Below, piece after piece: positions 29,317 through 37,258 of a stretch of DNA of 64,000 nucleotides. Made by a program: the position numbers and the translations under genes. The stretch covers positions 38,818-102,817 of the forward strand of contig JAWCLG010000002.1 in assembly GCA_038851075.1 (NCBI GenBank). Reading direction: 5' to 3'. This DNA comes from Candidatus Hadarchaeales archaeon (lineage in GTDB: Archaea; Hadarchaeota; Hadarchaeia; Hadarchaeales; Hadarchaeaceae). Below the pieces are notes generated by a model. The model was given only the letters and a program-made list of their open reading frames with translations, was not told the DNA's origin and ran no database searches. The first letter of the stretch is position 1. Each line of letters opens with the position of its first letter.

Positions 29317-30285
29317 TCAGGCGGTGTGTAGCTTTTCGAAATACTTGCGCACCGGAGCAAACAACTCCGCCAAACCATGTGAAACTGCTTCTTTGAGGTC
29401 CGCCGGGTGTAGATTGCCCTCTGAGTAAAGTTTTCTCAGCTCTGAAGTCGTTTCTACTTCTATTGTACCACCATACTTCTGCGGCCTCTCTATCCTAAGC
29501 TTCCCCATGCGCTGTAATAATAGGTGTTCTGCGTATTCGATAACCGGGTTTCCATCTATTTTCTTTGGTGGGCAGAAGGCCTTTCCTATTTTTTCCTTTA
29601 TCTCGCTAGGAGAATCGTCAACAGCCACAAAATTACCCTTACTGGACGACATCTTATCTGAGCCGTCTATTCCGCGAAGGAGGGGCATGTGAATGCATAC
29701 TGGTTTTTTGTGTCCCAATGCCGGTAACTTCTCTCTGGCAATCATGTGAACTTTTCTCTGGTCTTCACCTCCAACCGCTATGTCGACGTTCAGATGGGCA
29801 ATGTCCACCGCCTGCATGAGCGGATAAATCACTTGCGCCACGTCGGGATCCTCCATCCTTCTGGCTATTTCTGCCATCGATCTTCTAGCCCTCAGCAGCG
29901 TTGTCTGTGTTGCCATCTTGAATACGTCCATCACGTATTGTCTATCAGTCTGAAATTCAGAGCCCAACTTAAATTCGGTGGTACGTGGATCCAACCCCAA
30001 ACCAATAAAACAACGCTTATTATATTCTGCTATCTTTCTTATTTCATCCAATTCTCCCTTGCCGTTTAAATACGCGTGAAGATCTGCCAGAAGAACCGTG
30101 ACCTTGGCCCCCGCTTTTTGCAAATCCAGTAACTTGAACGCGGTTAAAACGTGCCCGAAATGTATTTTGCCTGATGGCTCATAACCGCAGTAAGCTGTGA
30201 ATCTCCCGGCTGTCAGGTCGGCTAGCTCTTCGGCCGTGATCACCTCAGACGCGCCTTTAATAACTAGCGAGAGCCTTTCGTTCAA
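29317..30285 (-). CDS. tyrS: Tyrosyl-tRNA synthetase (archaeal type)
   Basis: Near-colinear match to M. jannaschii TyrRS: GYEPSGKIHFGH, LLADLHAYLN, KMSSSKGN. Confidence 0.9.
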   Translation of the reverse strand: MNERLSLVIKGASEVITAEELADLTAGRFTAYCGYEPSGKIHFGHVLTAFKLLDLQKAGAKVTVLLADLHAYLNGKGELDEIRKIAEYNKRCFIGLGLDPRTTEFKLGSEFQTDRQYVMDVFKMATQTTLLRARRSMAEIARRMEDPDVAQVIYPLMQAVDIAHLNVDIAVGGEDQRKVHMIAREKLPALGHKKPVCIHMPLLRGIDGSDKMSSSKGNFVAVDDSPSEIKEKIGKAFCPPKKIDGNPVIEYAEHLLLQRMGKLRIERPQKYGGTIEVETTSELRKLYSEGNLHPADLKEAVSHGLAELFAPVRKYFEKLHTA

Positions 30286-30334
30286 CCTACCACCATGAAA
30301 AAGTCGTTACTATAACTAAAAGTCTACCGCATCG

Positions 30335-30736
30335 CTACTGAACCGACATTTTTCTGCGTCCCCTAGCTTTCCACTGGAGGACCCTGTCCTTCCACTTTTC
30401 AAATTTCTCTGTTTCAAACGAGGGCCCACCCCATTTTAAAATAAAATCTAAAAGACGAAAAAGATCTTCTTTTCTCCTTAACTCCAATCTATAAAGCCCG
30501 CCGCGCGTTACCACTTTACCCGCACCCAAAATTTTTCTAGCGGTTTCCACTGGATAGATCTTCTTAGAGTCTGCGTAAAAGACCGGATTGATGTAGCCGT
30601 ATTTTATTTCTCCTTTTTTAGTTTTTTTTGTTATATTTATTTTATTTACTGTATAAACCCCTTTAAACTCAAGAAATGCTATAAGCCATCCTATATCATA
30701 CTCTTTTCCTTTCATTTTATCTAATATATTTATCAT
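30335..30736 (-). CDS. Hypothetical 133 aa protein in a low-GC islet; possible single-motif LAGLIDADG-like endonuclease; ORB cores lie inside it
   Basis: DIGWLIAFLEFKG loosely resembles a LAGLIDADG motif. The ORF spans two ORB cores and sits in an AT-rich origin-like region, so it may be non-coding. Confidence 0.3.
   Translation of the reverse strand: MINILDKMKGKEYDIGWLIAFLEFKGVYTVNKINITKKTKKGEIKYGYINPVFYADSKKIYPVETARKILGAGKVVTRGGLYRLELRRKEDLFRLLDFILKWGGPSFETEKFEKWKDRVLQWKARGRRKMSVQ
30368..30378 (-). promoter_or_regulatory. Origin recognition box (ORB) core with G-string, minus orientation
   Basis: The minus strand reads CTCCAGTGGAAAGCTAGGGGA, which matches the archaeal ORB consensus TCCAGTGGAAA plus a GGGG element. 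Confidence 0.6.
30544..30554 (-). promoter_or_regulatory. ORB core, minus orientation
   Basis: The minus strand reads TCCAGTGGAAACCGCTAG. Confidence 0.55.
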
Positions 30737-30762
30737 AACTATTTATTAATAATAGATAATTA

Positions 30763-30782
30763 TTCCAGTGGAAACTAAGGGG
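30763..30782 (+). promoter_or_regulatory. ORB with G-string, plus orientation, inverted relative to the two upstream ORBs
   Basis: TTCCAGTGGAAACTAAGGGG. A very AT-rich stretch (about 30560-30760 and 30800-30900) lies between the inverted ORBs, consistent with a duplex unwinding element. Confidence 0.6.
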
Positions 30783-30975
30783 TGGCCGTCAAGTGCGGGG
30801 AAAAAATTGTTATGTTTTTTTCTTAAAATAAAAAATAAATAGTTTAGAAAACCGAAAAATGGTAATTAAATGTTTGATAACGTCCAAATTGGTAAAATAA
30901 AAAACATGAAAATCAAGGCCAGTCCGGCGACCCCCCTCCCCAAAGTTGGCTTAAGGCAAACTAAACAAACAAAGT

Positions 30976-31812
30976 TTGGGTAGGGAAGTGTACTACCAAA
31001 GAATTGACGTAAAAAACGCCGTTTGTGGATATTCGACGTCTAGTAAGAGCTATGGGGTACGAGAGGGGGCTTTTTTTAATGCTAGAAAAAAGACATTTCA
31101 GAGGTACACTGAAACGATAGATGGGAAAAAACCAGTGGAGCTTACCCCATCAGAGGTTTCCAAGGCAGCCGAGGCAGGGGCAATAGCATTTTACTGTTCG
31201 TACTGGCTATACGACTGTAACGACTTTAGAGAACCGACCGGTAGAGATCTCGTTTGGGTTATCCGAATAGAGAAAGGGGACTTGGAGTTCGCGAAAAAGT
31301 TGACGAGAGCAGCCGCAGAGGCATTGTGGGAAGCAGGGGCGGAGCCTTTTGTAAAGTATTCTGGAGACCTAGGATTCGACATTATATTGCCTCTAGAAAG
31401 CATACCGTTCGAAGTCTGGCATGGAAATATAGACGCACTGGATGACCTTCAGGGTGAGCTTTCCGATGTCATAGTCAGCAGTATCCGCTCACGGCTAGGG
31501 CTGGTTGTAGAGGGAGACAGACACTCGTTTAAAATAAAAGAGGATGAAAAAACCTCCCTCCTCTCCGAACTCCGGGTGAAGCGAGGCCTTTTGCTTGCGC
31601 CGATGAGCATAAACCCGGAGACAGGGCTGGTTTCTGTCCCGGTGGATCCTAGGGAGCTAGATAATTTTACAATCTTTGACGCGAGCCCGTCTAAAGTCAT
31701 AGGCAAAATATGGAGATTCGGTTCTGGCCCGAGTTATGGTCTAATCAAATACGCGAAGCTTGGTCAAGTTCGATCTTTGGAGGATAATCAGTCAGAGGAG
31801 CAGGCGTTTTAG
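30976..31812 (+). CDS. PriS (AEP primase small subunit) homolog with divergent catalytic motifs
   Basis: EVYYQR matches the PriS YYRR motif and REGAFFNARKKTFQRY matches REFSF...RY. The C-terminal SINPETGLVSVPVD...LDNFTIFD matches the PRIM1-like SIHPKTGRISVPID...FDPF. Motif I reads LVWVIRIE in place of LVFDID. Motif II reads YSGDLGFD in place of YSGRRGVH. 278 aa. Confidence 0.7.
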   Translation: MGREVYYQRIDVKNAVCGYSTSSKSYGVREGAFFNARKKTFQRYTETIDGKKPVELTPSEVSKAAEAGAIAFYCSYWLYDCNDFREPTGRDLVWVIRIEKGDLEFAKKLTRAAAEALWEAGAEPFVKYSGDLGFDIILPLESIPFEVWHGNIDALDDLQGELSDVIVSSIRSRLGLVVEGDRHSFKIKEDEKTSLLSELRVKRGLLLAPMSINPETGLVSVPVDPRELDNFTIFDASPSKVIGKIWRFGSGPSYGLIKYAKLGQVRSLEDNQSEEQAF

Positions 31813-31834
31813 GCACCCATGAGTAAAATATTTC

Positions 31835-32458
31835 GTGGAGGCCCTTATCTCAAGAATAAACGAGATCCGGTGTCAACATAAGGAAGCGAGAAAAAGGATA
31901 CGGGAATTTATAAACATGCAGAAATGTGGGAACGAGGATTGGTTTTCCGAACTGTGTTTTTGTATTTTGACCGCAAATTCCACGGCGGAGTCTGGGATTC
32001 GATCGCAGAGGCGGATAGGGACAAAAGGATTTCTTACTCTTTCAGAGAAGCAGCTGGCAAAAGAACTTAGGAAATCTAAGCATAGGTTCCCAAACGTTAG
32101 GGCAAAATTCATAGTGGAGGCGAGAAAGCACATGAAAATCAAGGACGCCGTAATGAATGCCGGCAGCCCACAAAAAGCGCGCGCTTGGCTTGTGAAAAAT
32201 GTAAAGGGTATCGGCTGGAAGGAAGCGAGTCATTTTTTGAGAAATGTGGGATATCTAGACCTTGCCATTCTGGACAGACATGTGTTGAGAATTCTTCGTG
32301 AATATGGCATAATAAAGGAGATTCCGCGCCATCTTTCAGAGAAAAGTTATCTCGAAATAGAGGAAAAAATGAAGGAACTGGCAAATAGAATGAAAATGAG
32401 TCTAGGGGAGCTGGATCTGTATTTGTGGTGTATTAAAACCGGAAGGATTCTCAAGTAG
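31835..32458 (+). CDS. ogg: N-glycosylase/DNA lyase, archaeal Ogg2-type (HhH-GPD)
   Basis: VKGIGWKEASHFLRNVGYLDLAILDRHVLR. 207 aa. Confidence 0.85.
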   Translation: MEALISRINEIRCQHKEARKRIREFINMQKCGNEDWFSELCFCILTANSTAESGIRSQRRIGTKGFLTLSEKQLAKELRKSKHRFPNVRAKFIVEARKHMKIKDAVMNAGSPQKARAWLVKNVKGIGWKEASHFLRNVGYLDLAILDRHVLRILREYGIIKEIPRHLSEKSYLEIEEKMKELANRMKMSLGELDLYLWCIKTGRILK

Positions 32459-33311
32459 TCTTTATGAGATGCGTGCCGTCGCAGGTACCCCCGGTGTTGA
32501 GGTGTGGCAGGCCCTCCCTGCACGATGAGAACGTGACACCAGTTTCAAGGCAGGCGGCCCTGACAGAACGCATGAGATCCTCTCTAATTTTCTTAGGCAG
32601 GTACCATCCGCGTCTTTTCTCTCCTTTGTTGAAGTACAGGTCCCGTAGCTTTAGCGCCTCATCAGGAAAAGCGGATGAGAATCTACGCCATCCATCGAGC
32701 CTTGGTTTGAATGTGGATGCAGTTACATGAGAAACACCGGCTTCGGAGGCAACCTCAACTATCTCCCTTACCTCGTCATCATTGACGAATGGAATTATCG
32801 GATCGAGCCGTAGAGAAGTTGGCACACGTTTAGAGAGAGTTTTGATAGTGGCCAGCCTTAATGATGGCTTAGGTGCACCTGGTTCTAGCCTGCGGGCCAG
32901 TGAGTCATCAATAGTTGTGACGGTGAAACTTACAACGCATGGAATTTTTTTAAGCACGTCGAAATCACGAGCCACAATGTTTGATTTCGTAATTATCTGT
33001 ACCCTGCATCCCTTTTTAGAGATGATCTCGAGACATTTTCTTGTGAGCCCGAGTTTTGCTTCAACTGGGGGATACGGGTCCGAACTGTTTGACATGCTTA
33101 TTATGGTATTTGAATCCATTTTTTCGATATCACGTTCTACCTTAGAAATCAGGTCCTTTTTTTCTCTTGCCTCGAATGCATTCGGTATATATGAGGAGAT
33201 ATAGCAGTAAACGCACGAGTGGGAGCACCCGGTATATGGATTCAGACCGTATTTTTTGGGACAGGTACAGAGGGGGTCTTTCCAAGGATCAAACTCTCTA
33301 ACTACTGCCAT
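32451..33311 (-). CDS. Radical SAM DNA-repair-photolyase-like protein (SplB/COG1533 family)
   Basis: The start MAVVREFDPWKDPLCTCP...LNPYTGCSHSCVYCY matches the SplB-like signature. The annotated 36-aa N-terminal extension to 33419 lies in GC-rich, likely non-coding DNA. Confidence 0.8.
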   Translation of the reverse strand: MAVVREFDPWKDPLCTCPKKYGLNPYTGCSHSCVYCYISSYIPNAFEAREKKDLISKVERDIEKMDSNTIISMSNSSDPYPPVEAKLGLTRKCLEIISKKGCRVQIITKSNIVARDFDVLKKIPCVVSFTVTTIDDSLARRLEPGAPKPSLRLATIKTLSKRVPTSLRLDPIIPFVNDDEVREIVEVASEAGVSHVTASTFKPRLDGWRRFSSAFPDEALKLRDLYFNKGEKRRGWYLPKKIREDLMRSVRAACLETGVTFSSCREGLPHLNTGGTCDGTHLIKTT

Positions 33312-33330
33312 TTTCTCAGAAAAACGATAA

Positions 33331-33611
33331 CACGCGCCGAGATAAAGGCCCCCACATCCCTCCAGACCCCGGGCGATGTAGCCCAGCCGAACCGCCAAGG
33401 GCAGCCCGCCGAACCACATCGTTCCGACCTTTTCAGATCGTGTGGTTACCCTTTCGAGTTACCACGCCGCGGCCCTGAGGAGACTCCGAACAAGTCTTGT
33501 CAGCCTGCTGTTCAGAACACCGCAGATCGGCCAATCTGCAGTGCCCCTACCAGTGGGATCCACCAAGACCCATTCTAGAGACCTTCCGGATCGCCCTCTC
33601 GGCGCGTTTTT
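33331..33611 (+). ncRNA. Candidate structured ncRNA, GC-rich, about 280 nt, with 5'/3' terminal helices and an oligo-U tail; possibly SRP (7S) RNA-like
   Basis: The block is much more GC-rich than its flanks. CGCGCCGAGA near the 5' end pairs with TCTCGGCGCG near the 3' end. An inner pair GGGCGAT/ATCGCCC also forms. The 3' end is followed by TTTTTT. The strand assignment is tentative. Confidence 0.3.
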
Positions 33612-33709
33612 TACTCTATCTTCTTGGTTAAAAATTTTCCGTTGTGTATCCCTGTTCACAAAGGGTTAAATATGGGTCTCCACTAATCTCAAAAAACGGG
33701 AGGAGCCTC

Positions 33710-33847
33710 ATGCCAAGGTGCTGCCCCTCTTGCTATTTGTATGATGAATGCGAAAAAAGGGGAGAGTGCTGCGAGGAATGCGATTTTTACAGCAGGGGCA
33801 AGTGCATGTTAATGGACAAGGAATCTTATGGAATACTCGACAAATAA
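33710..33847 (+). CDS. Small Cys-rich protein of 45 aa
   Basis: MPRCCPSCYLYDECEKRGECCEECDFYSRGKCMLMDKESYGILDK has eight Cys. A GGGAGG motif precedes the ATG. Confidence 0.4.
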   Translation: MPRCCPSCYLYDECEKRGECCEECDFYSRGKCMLMDKESYGILDK

Positions 33848-33881
33848 CCAGAGGGCTAGGTTAATTAGATAGGTTAAATAT

Positions 33882-34445
33882 GTGAGGTGGGGGAGCATGT
33901 CTTTGGATCCATTCGATGAGGACTTTTTCAAATATTTCTTCAAACGTTTCCGAGAGATAGAGAGAGAATTTCAGGAATTCGAAAAGAGATTTCAGATCGA
34001 TCTTAGAGAATTTGAAAGAACGCCTGGGGTAAAGGGGTTCAAAATAGAGATAAGGGACACTGGGAAAGGAAGGCCCGAGGTAAAGGTTTCTAGATTCGGA
34101 GAGCCGCAGAAGATCAAGGTGGAAAAACCAGCTGCGGTTCTTGAAAATAAAAGAAAAATCGTTGAAGAAAAAAGAATCAGGCCGGTCAAAAAGATGCTTG
34201 ATACAAATGTGTGCAAAATTGACAGACCGAACGAAGTTGTCATAACTATGCAAGCTCCTGAGGTGAAAAAGGAGGACGTTGACGTGAGAATAGTCGGGAG
34301 CACTGCCGAGATTATAGCAAGAAAACGGACCGGGGAAGCTTACTTCTGTACGGTCGAAATACCTAGCGACGTTGTGACGGACGAAATAAAAAAATCCTTT
34401 AAAGGGGACATATTGATTGTCACAATTCCACGACGCAAGCTCTAA
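33882..34445 (+). CDS. Hsp20/alpha-crystallin family small heat-shock protein
   Basis: C-terminal ACD-like DVRIVGSTAEIIARK...GDILIVTIPRRK. The N-terminus is atypically charged. Confidence 0.7.
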   Translation: MRWGSMSLDPFDEDFFKYFFKRFREIEREFQEFEKRFQIDLREFERTPGVKGFKIEIRDTGKGRPEVKVSRFGEPQKIKVEKPAAVLENKRKIVEEKRIRPVKKMLDTNVCKIDRPNEVVITMQAPEVKKEDVDVRIVGSTAEIIARKRTGEAYFCTVEIPSDVVTDEIKKSFKGDILIVTIPRRKL

Positions 34446-35702
34446 ATGCTCCCTGATTCTTCGGAAAGATATAACAATGGAAACCGACGTGTAGGAGGGG
34501 TGCTCTTGAAATATGTTATAGTGGTCGGGGACGGAATGTCTGATTATCCAGTACAGAAAATCGGGGGGAAGACACCGCTTCAAGTTGCGCATAAGCCGAA
34601 TATGGACTGGATCGCCTACAACGGAAAAAGCGGACTTCTAAGGACAATACCCAAGGGAACAGATCCCGGCTCTGACATAGCAATAATGTCTATTTTGGGG
34701 TACGACCCGAAAAGGTTTCATACCGGAAGGGGGCCAATAGAGGCCGCAGCGCTTGGGATAAAGCTAGATGGGGGAGCCGTTGCCTTCAGGTGTAATCTGA
34801 TAACAGCTGAGAACGGAATTATAAAAGATTACAGTGGCGGCCACATAACCACGAAGGAGGCAAAAAAACTTTTGGATGCTATCTCCAAAAAGTACGGAAA
34901 TATCGGGGAGTTCCACGTGGGGCTCAGTTACAGAAACATCTTTGTCCTAAAAAATGCACTTTTCGAAGCTGTAAAAATAAAGACCACCCCGCCACACCAT
35001 GCAGTTGGGGACAAAGTCCTTGATAAACTGGCTTCGCCTAAGAAAAACAAAATTGCGCAGTTGATAAACGAGATGATGCTTGATTCAAAAAATATACTTT
35101 CAAATCATCCTGTGAACATACTTAGAGTCAAAAAAGGTCAGAACCCCGCCAACATGATATGGTTGTGGGGACAGGGAGGAAGGCCGGACATGCCAAGTAT
35201 GAAGGAGAAATATGGCCTTGACGGTTCAGTTATATCCGCAGTTATGGTCGTGAAAGGTGTCGGCGCCCTTGCCGGGCTGGATGCTCCAGAGGTACCTGGT
35301 GCAACAGGGTACTATGACACAAACTATAGCAACAAGGCAAGATATGCTTTGAAGGTCCTAAAGAAAAGGAACTTTGTGGTAGTCCATGTGGAAGCTCCTG
35401 ACGAGGCAGGACACGAGGGCGATTTGGACGAAAAAATAAGGGCGATAGAAAACATAGATTCCAAAATTGTAGGAAAAATACTTGACGGCATCGGGGACGA
35501 GGATTTTAAAATAGCTGTGATGGCTGATCATCCGACCCCTGTGGAGGTGAGAAGGCATACGTCAGATCCAGTACCGTTTTCGGTGGCATCGTCTACCAGC
35601 AGGGGAGACGGACTCAAATGTTATGATGAGGAATCCGCTAAAAAAGGATCTTTAGGGCTAATGATGGGTCCAATGTTTATCAAAAAAATGATTGAAATTT
35701 GA
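34446..35702 (+). CDS. apgM: 2,3-bisphosphoglycerate-independent phosphoglycerate mutase, archaeal type
   Basis: KYVIVVGDGMSD...GKTPLQVAHKPNMD. The real start may be the GTG or TTG at about 34500-34506, which follows a GGAGGGG motif. Confidence 0.85.
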   Translation: MLPDSSERYNNGNRRVGGVLLKYVIVVGDGMSDYPVQKIGGKTPLQVAHKPNMDWIAYNGKSGLLRTIPKGTDPGSDIAIMSILGYDPKRFHTGRGPIEAAALGIKLDGGAVAFRCNLITAENGIIKDYSGGHITTKEAKKLLDAISKKYGNIGEFHVGLSYRNIFVLKNALFEAVKIKTTPPHHAVGDKVLDKLASPKKNKIAQLINEMMLDSKNILSNHPVNILRVKKGQNPANMIWLWGQGGRPDMPSMKEKYGLDGSVISAVMVVKGVGALAGLDAPEVPGATGYYDTNYSNKARYALKVLKKRNFVVVHVEAPDEAGHEGDLDEKIRAIENIDSKIVGKILDGIGDEDFKIAVMADHPTPVEVRRHTSDPVPFSVASSTSRGDGLKCYDEESAKKGSLGLMMGPMFIKKMIEI

Positions 35703-36244
35703 GGATGAGGATTATAAGGTGCCCGGTTGAATTTAAAGAGGAGGAAAGAATGCTGATCAAACTTGTTCTTGAGCTTGAGGATACTCCTGGTCAGCTTCTG
35801 AAGGCGCTGGAGCCGATATCCAGGCACGGAGGAAATGTTAGGAGCATCATGCATGATCGAGAACAAAAAACACCAACAGGGAGGCTCCCCGTAACCCTGG
35901 CTTTTGATATAGCCAACAGGGCCCTTTTGGGTAAAATACTCTGCGATCTTGAGAAAACTGGAATAAGGGTGATTCAGATCGGTGAAAAGCCTGCCGTCAG
36001 AAAAACTGTGCTACTCATAGGCCATATAATTCACACGGACGTTAGAGACACAATAGACCGCCTTAACAGGGTGAAAGGAGTGATGGTTTCCGATCTGGAT
36101 CTTGAGATGGGGGGCCCAAGCAGGGAGTCTGCAGCCGCCATAACAATTTCAGCGTCCGATGAGACGACGGCGGAAAAAGCTATCTCTATTCTCGGAAACA
36201 TATCAGAAAAGAAAGGCCTGCTTATGTTGACTTCATTGGAGTGA
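35699..36244 (+). CDS. ACT-domain regulatory protein (aspartate-pathway associated)
   Basis: Two ACT-like repeats. Sits immediately upstream of hom. Confidence 0.7.
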   Translation: MRMRIIRCPVEFKEEERMLIKLVLELEDTPGQLLKALEPISRHGGNVRSIMHDREQKTPTGRLPVTLAFDIANRALLGKILCDLEKTGIRVIQIGEKPAVRKTVLLIGHIIHTDVRDTIDRLNRVKGVMVSDLDLEMGGPSRESAAAITISASDETTAEKAISILGNISEKKGLLMLTSLE

Positions 36245-36250
36245 TGTGCT

Positions 36251-37258
36251 GTGAGGATAATTCTAATTGGCTTCGGCAACTTGGGCAGGGGGCTGGCGAG
36301 AATTTTTATTAAAAAAGCAGCTGCCCTCAGAAAAATTGGAATTATCGCAAAGGTGGTTGCAGCTGTTGATGAAAAAGGGGCGGCGGTGGACAGTAACGGT
36401 CTGGAACTCAGACGACTTCTCTCAGTGGCGGAGCAGAGGGGCACTGTGGCGGCTTACAGTCACGGGCAGAAAGGGATGCTGGCAAATCAAGTACTCGATG
36501 AGGTCGAGGCAGATGTTGTTTTCGAGCTTACTCCGACCAATATAAAAACAGGAGAGCCCGGAATAACACACATAAAGCGGGCGATGATGGCGGGAAGGCA
36601 CGTTATAACCTCAAACAAGGGCCCTTTGGTCGTGGCGTTCAGGGAGCTTGAATCTCTATCCAGAAAGTGTGGGGTGGAGTTCAGGTACTCCGCATCAGTC
36701 GGTGGAGCGGTGCCTGTAATAGGTCTGGCAAAAAAACTGCTTTCATCAAACGAGATAACTGAGATAAGGGGAGTTTTGAACGGAACCACGAATTACATAT
36801 TAAGCAGAATGACAAGCGAGGAAGTTCCTTTTGAGATGGTGTTGAGAGAAGCCCAAGAGATGGGCGCGGCCGAAAAGGATCCGTCTCTTGATATAAAGGG
36901 AATCGACACTGCATGTAAGCTGACGATACTGGCGAATTCTATTCTTGGTCTGAGCGCAACTCTCAAGGATGTGAATATTACAGGCATAGAGAGGATTTCA
37001 CTGGAGGCAATAAGGCTCGCCAAGGAGTCAGGCAGAACTATAAAGCTGATAGGAATTGCAAGAAAAGACAGACTAGAAGTCGCCCCAAAACTCATTCAGT
37101 TCGGTCATCCTCTGGCAGTTGGCGGGACCCTTAATTCCGTGACCTACAAACTTGACCTTGCCAGAGAGATCACAATATCCGGTTACGGCGCGGGCCCGCA
37201 GGAGACCTCAAGCTCTCTGCTCAGCGACCTTATAGATATTCACCGGAGTCTGGAGTAA
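36251..37258 (+). CDS. hom: Homoserine dehydrogenase
   Basis: NAD-binding IGFGNLG and the catalytic-domain motif GVLNGTTNYIL. Confidence 0.9.
   Translation: MRIILIGFGNLGRGLARIFIKKAAALRKIGIIAKVVAAVDEKGAAVDSNGLELRRLLSVAEQRGTVAAYSHGQKGMLANQVLDEVEADVVFELTPTNIKTGEPGITHIKRAMMAGRHVITSNKGPLVVAFRELESLSRKCGVEFRYSASVGGAVPVIGLAKKLLSSNEITEIRGVLNGTTNYILSRMTSEEVPFEMVLREAQEMGAAEKDPSLDIKGIDTACKLTILANSILGLSATLKDVNITGIERISLEAIRLAKESGRTIKLIGIARKDRLEVAPKLIQFGHPLAVGGTLNSVTYKLDLAREITISGYGAGPQETSSSLLSDLIDIHRSLE

Noticed and set aside
33312-33419. 36-aa N-terminal extension of the SplB-like radical SAM ORF
   Set aside because: It is Gly-rich and lies in the GC-rich block proposed as ncRNA. The conserved start MAVVREFDPW lies downstream.
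33219-33669. Three short ORFs (33219-33578 plus, 33442-33669 plus, 33459-33659 minus)
   Set aside because: They are compositional artefacts of the GC-rich candidate ncRNA region and have no protein-like features.
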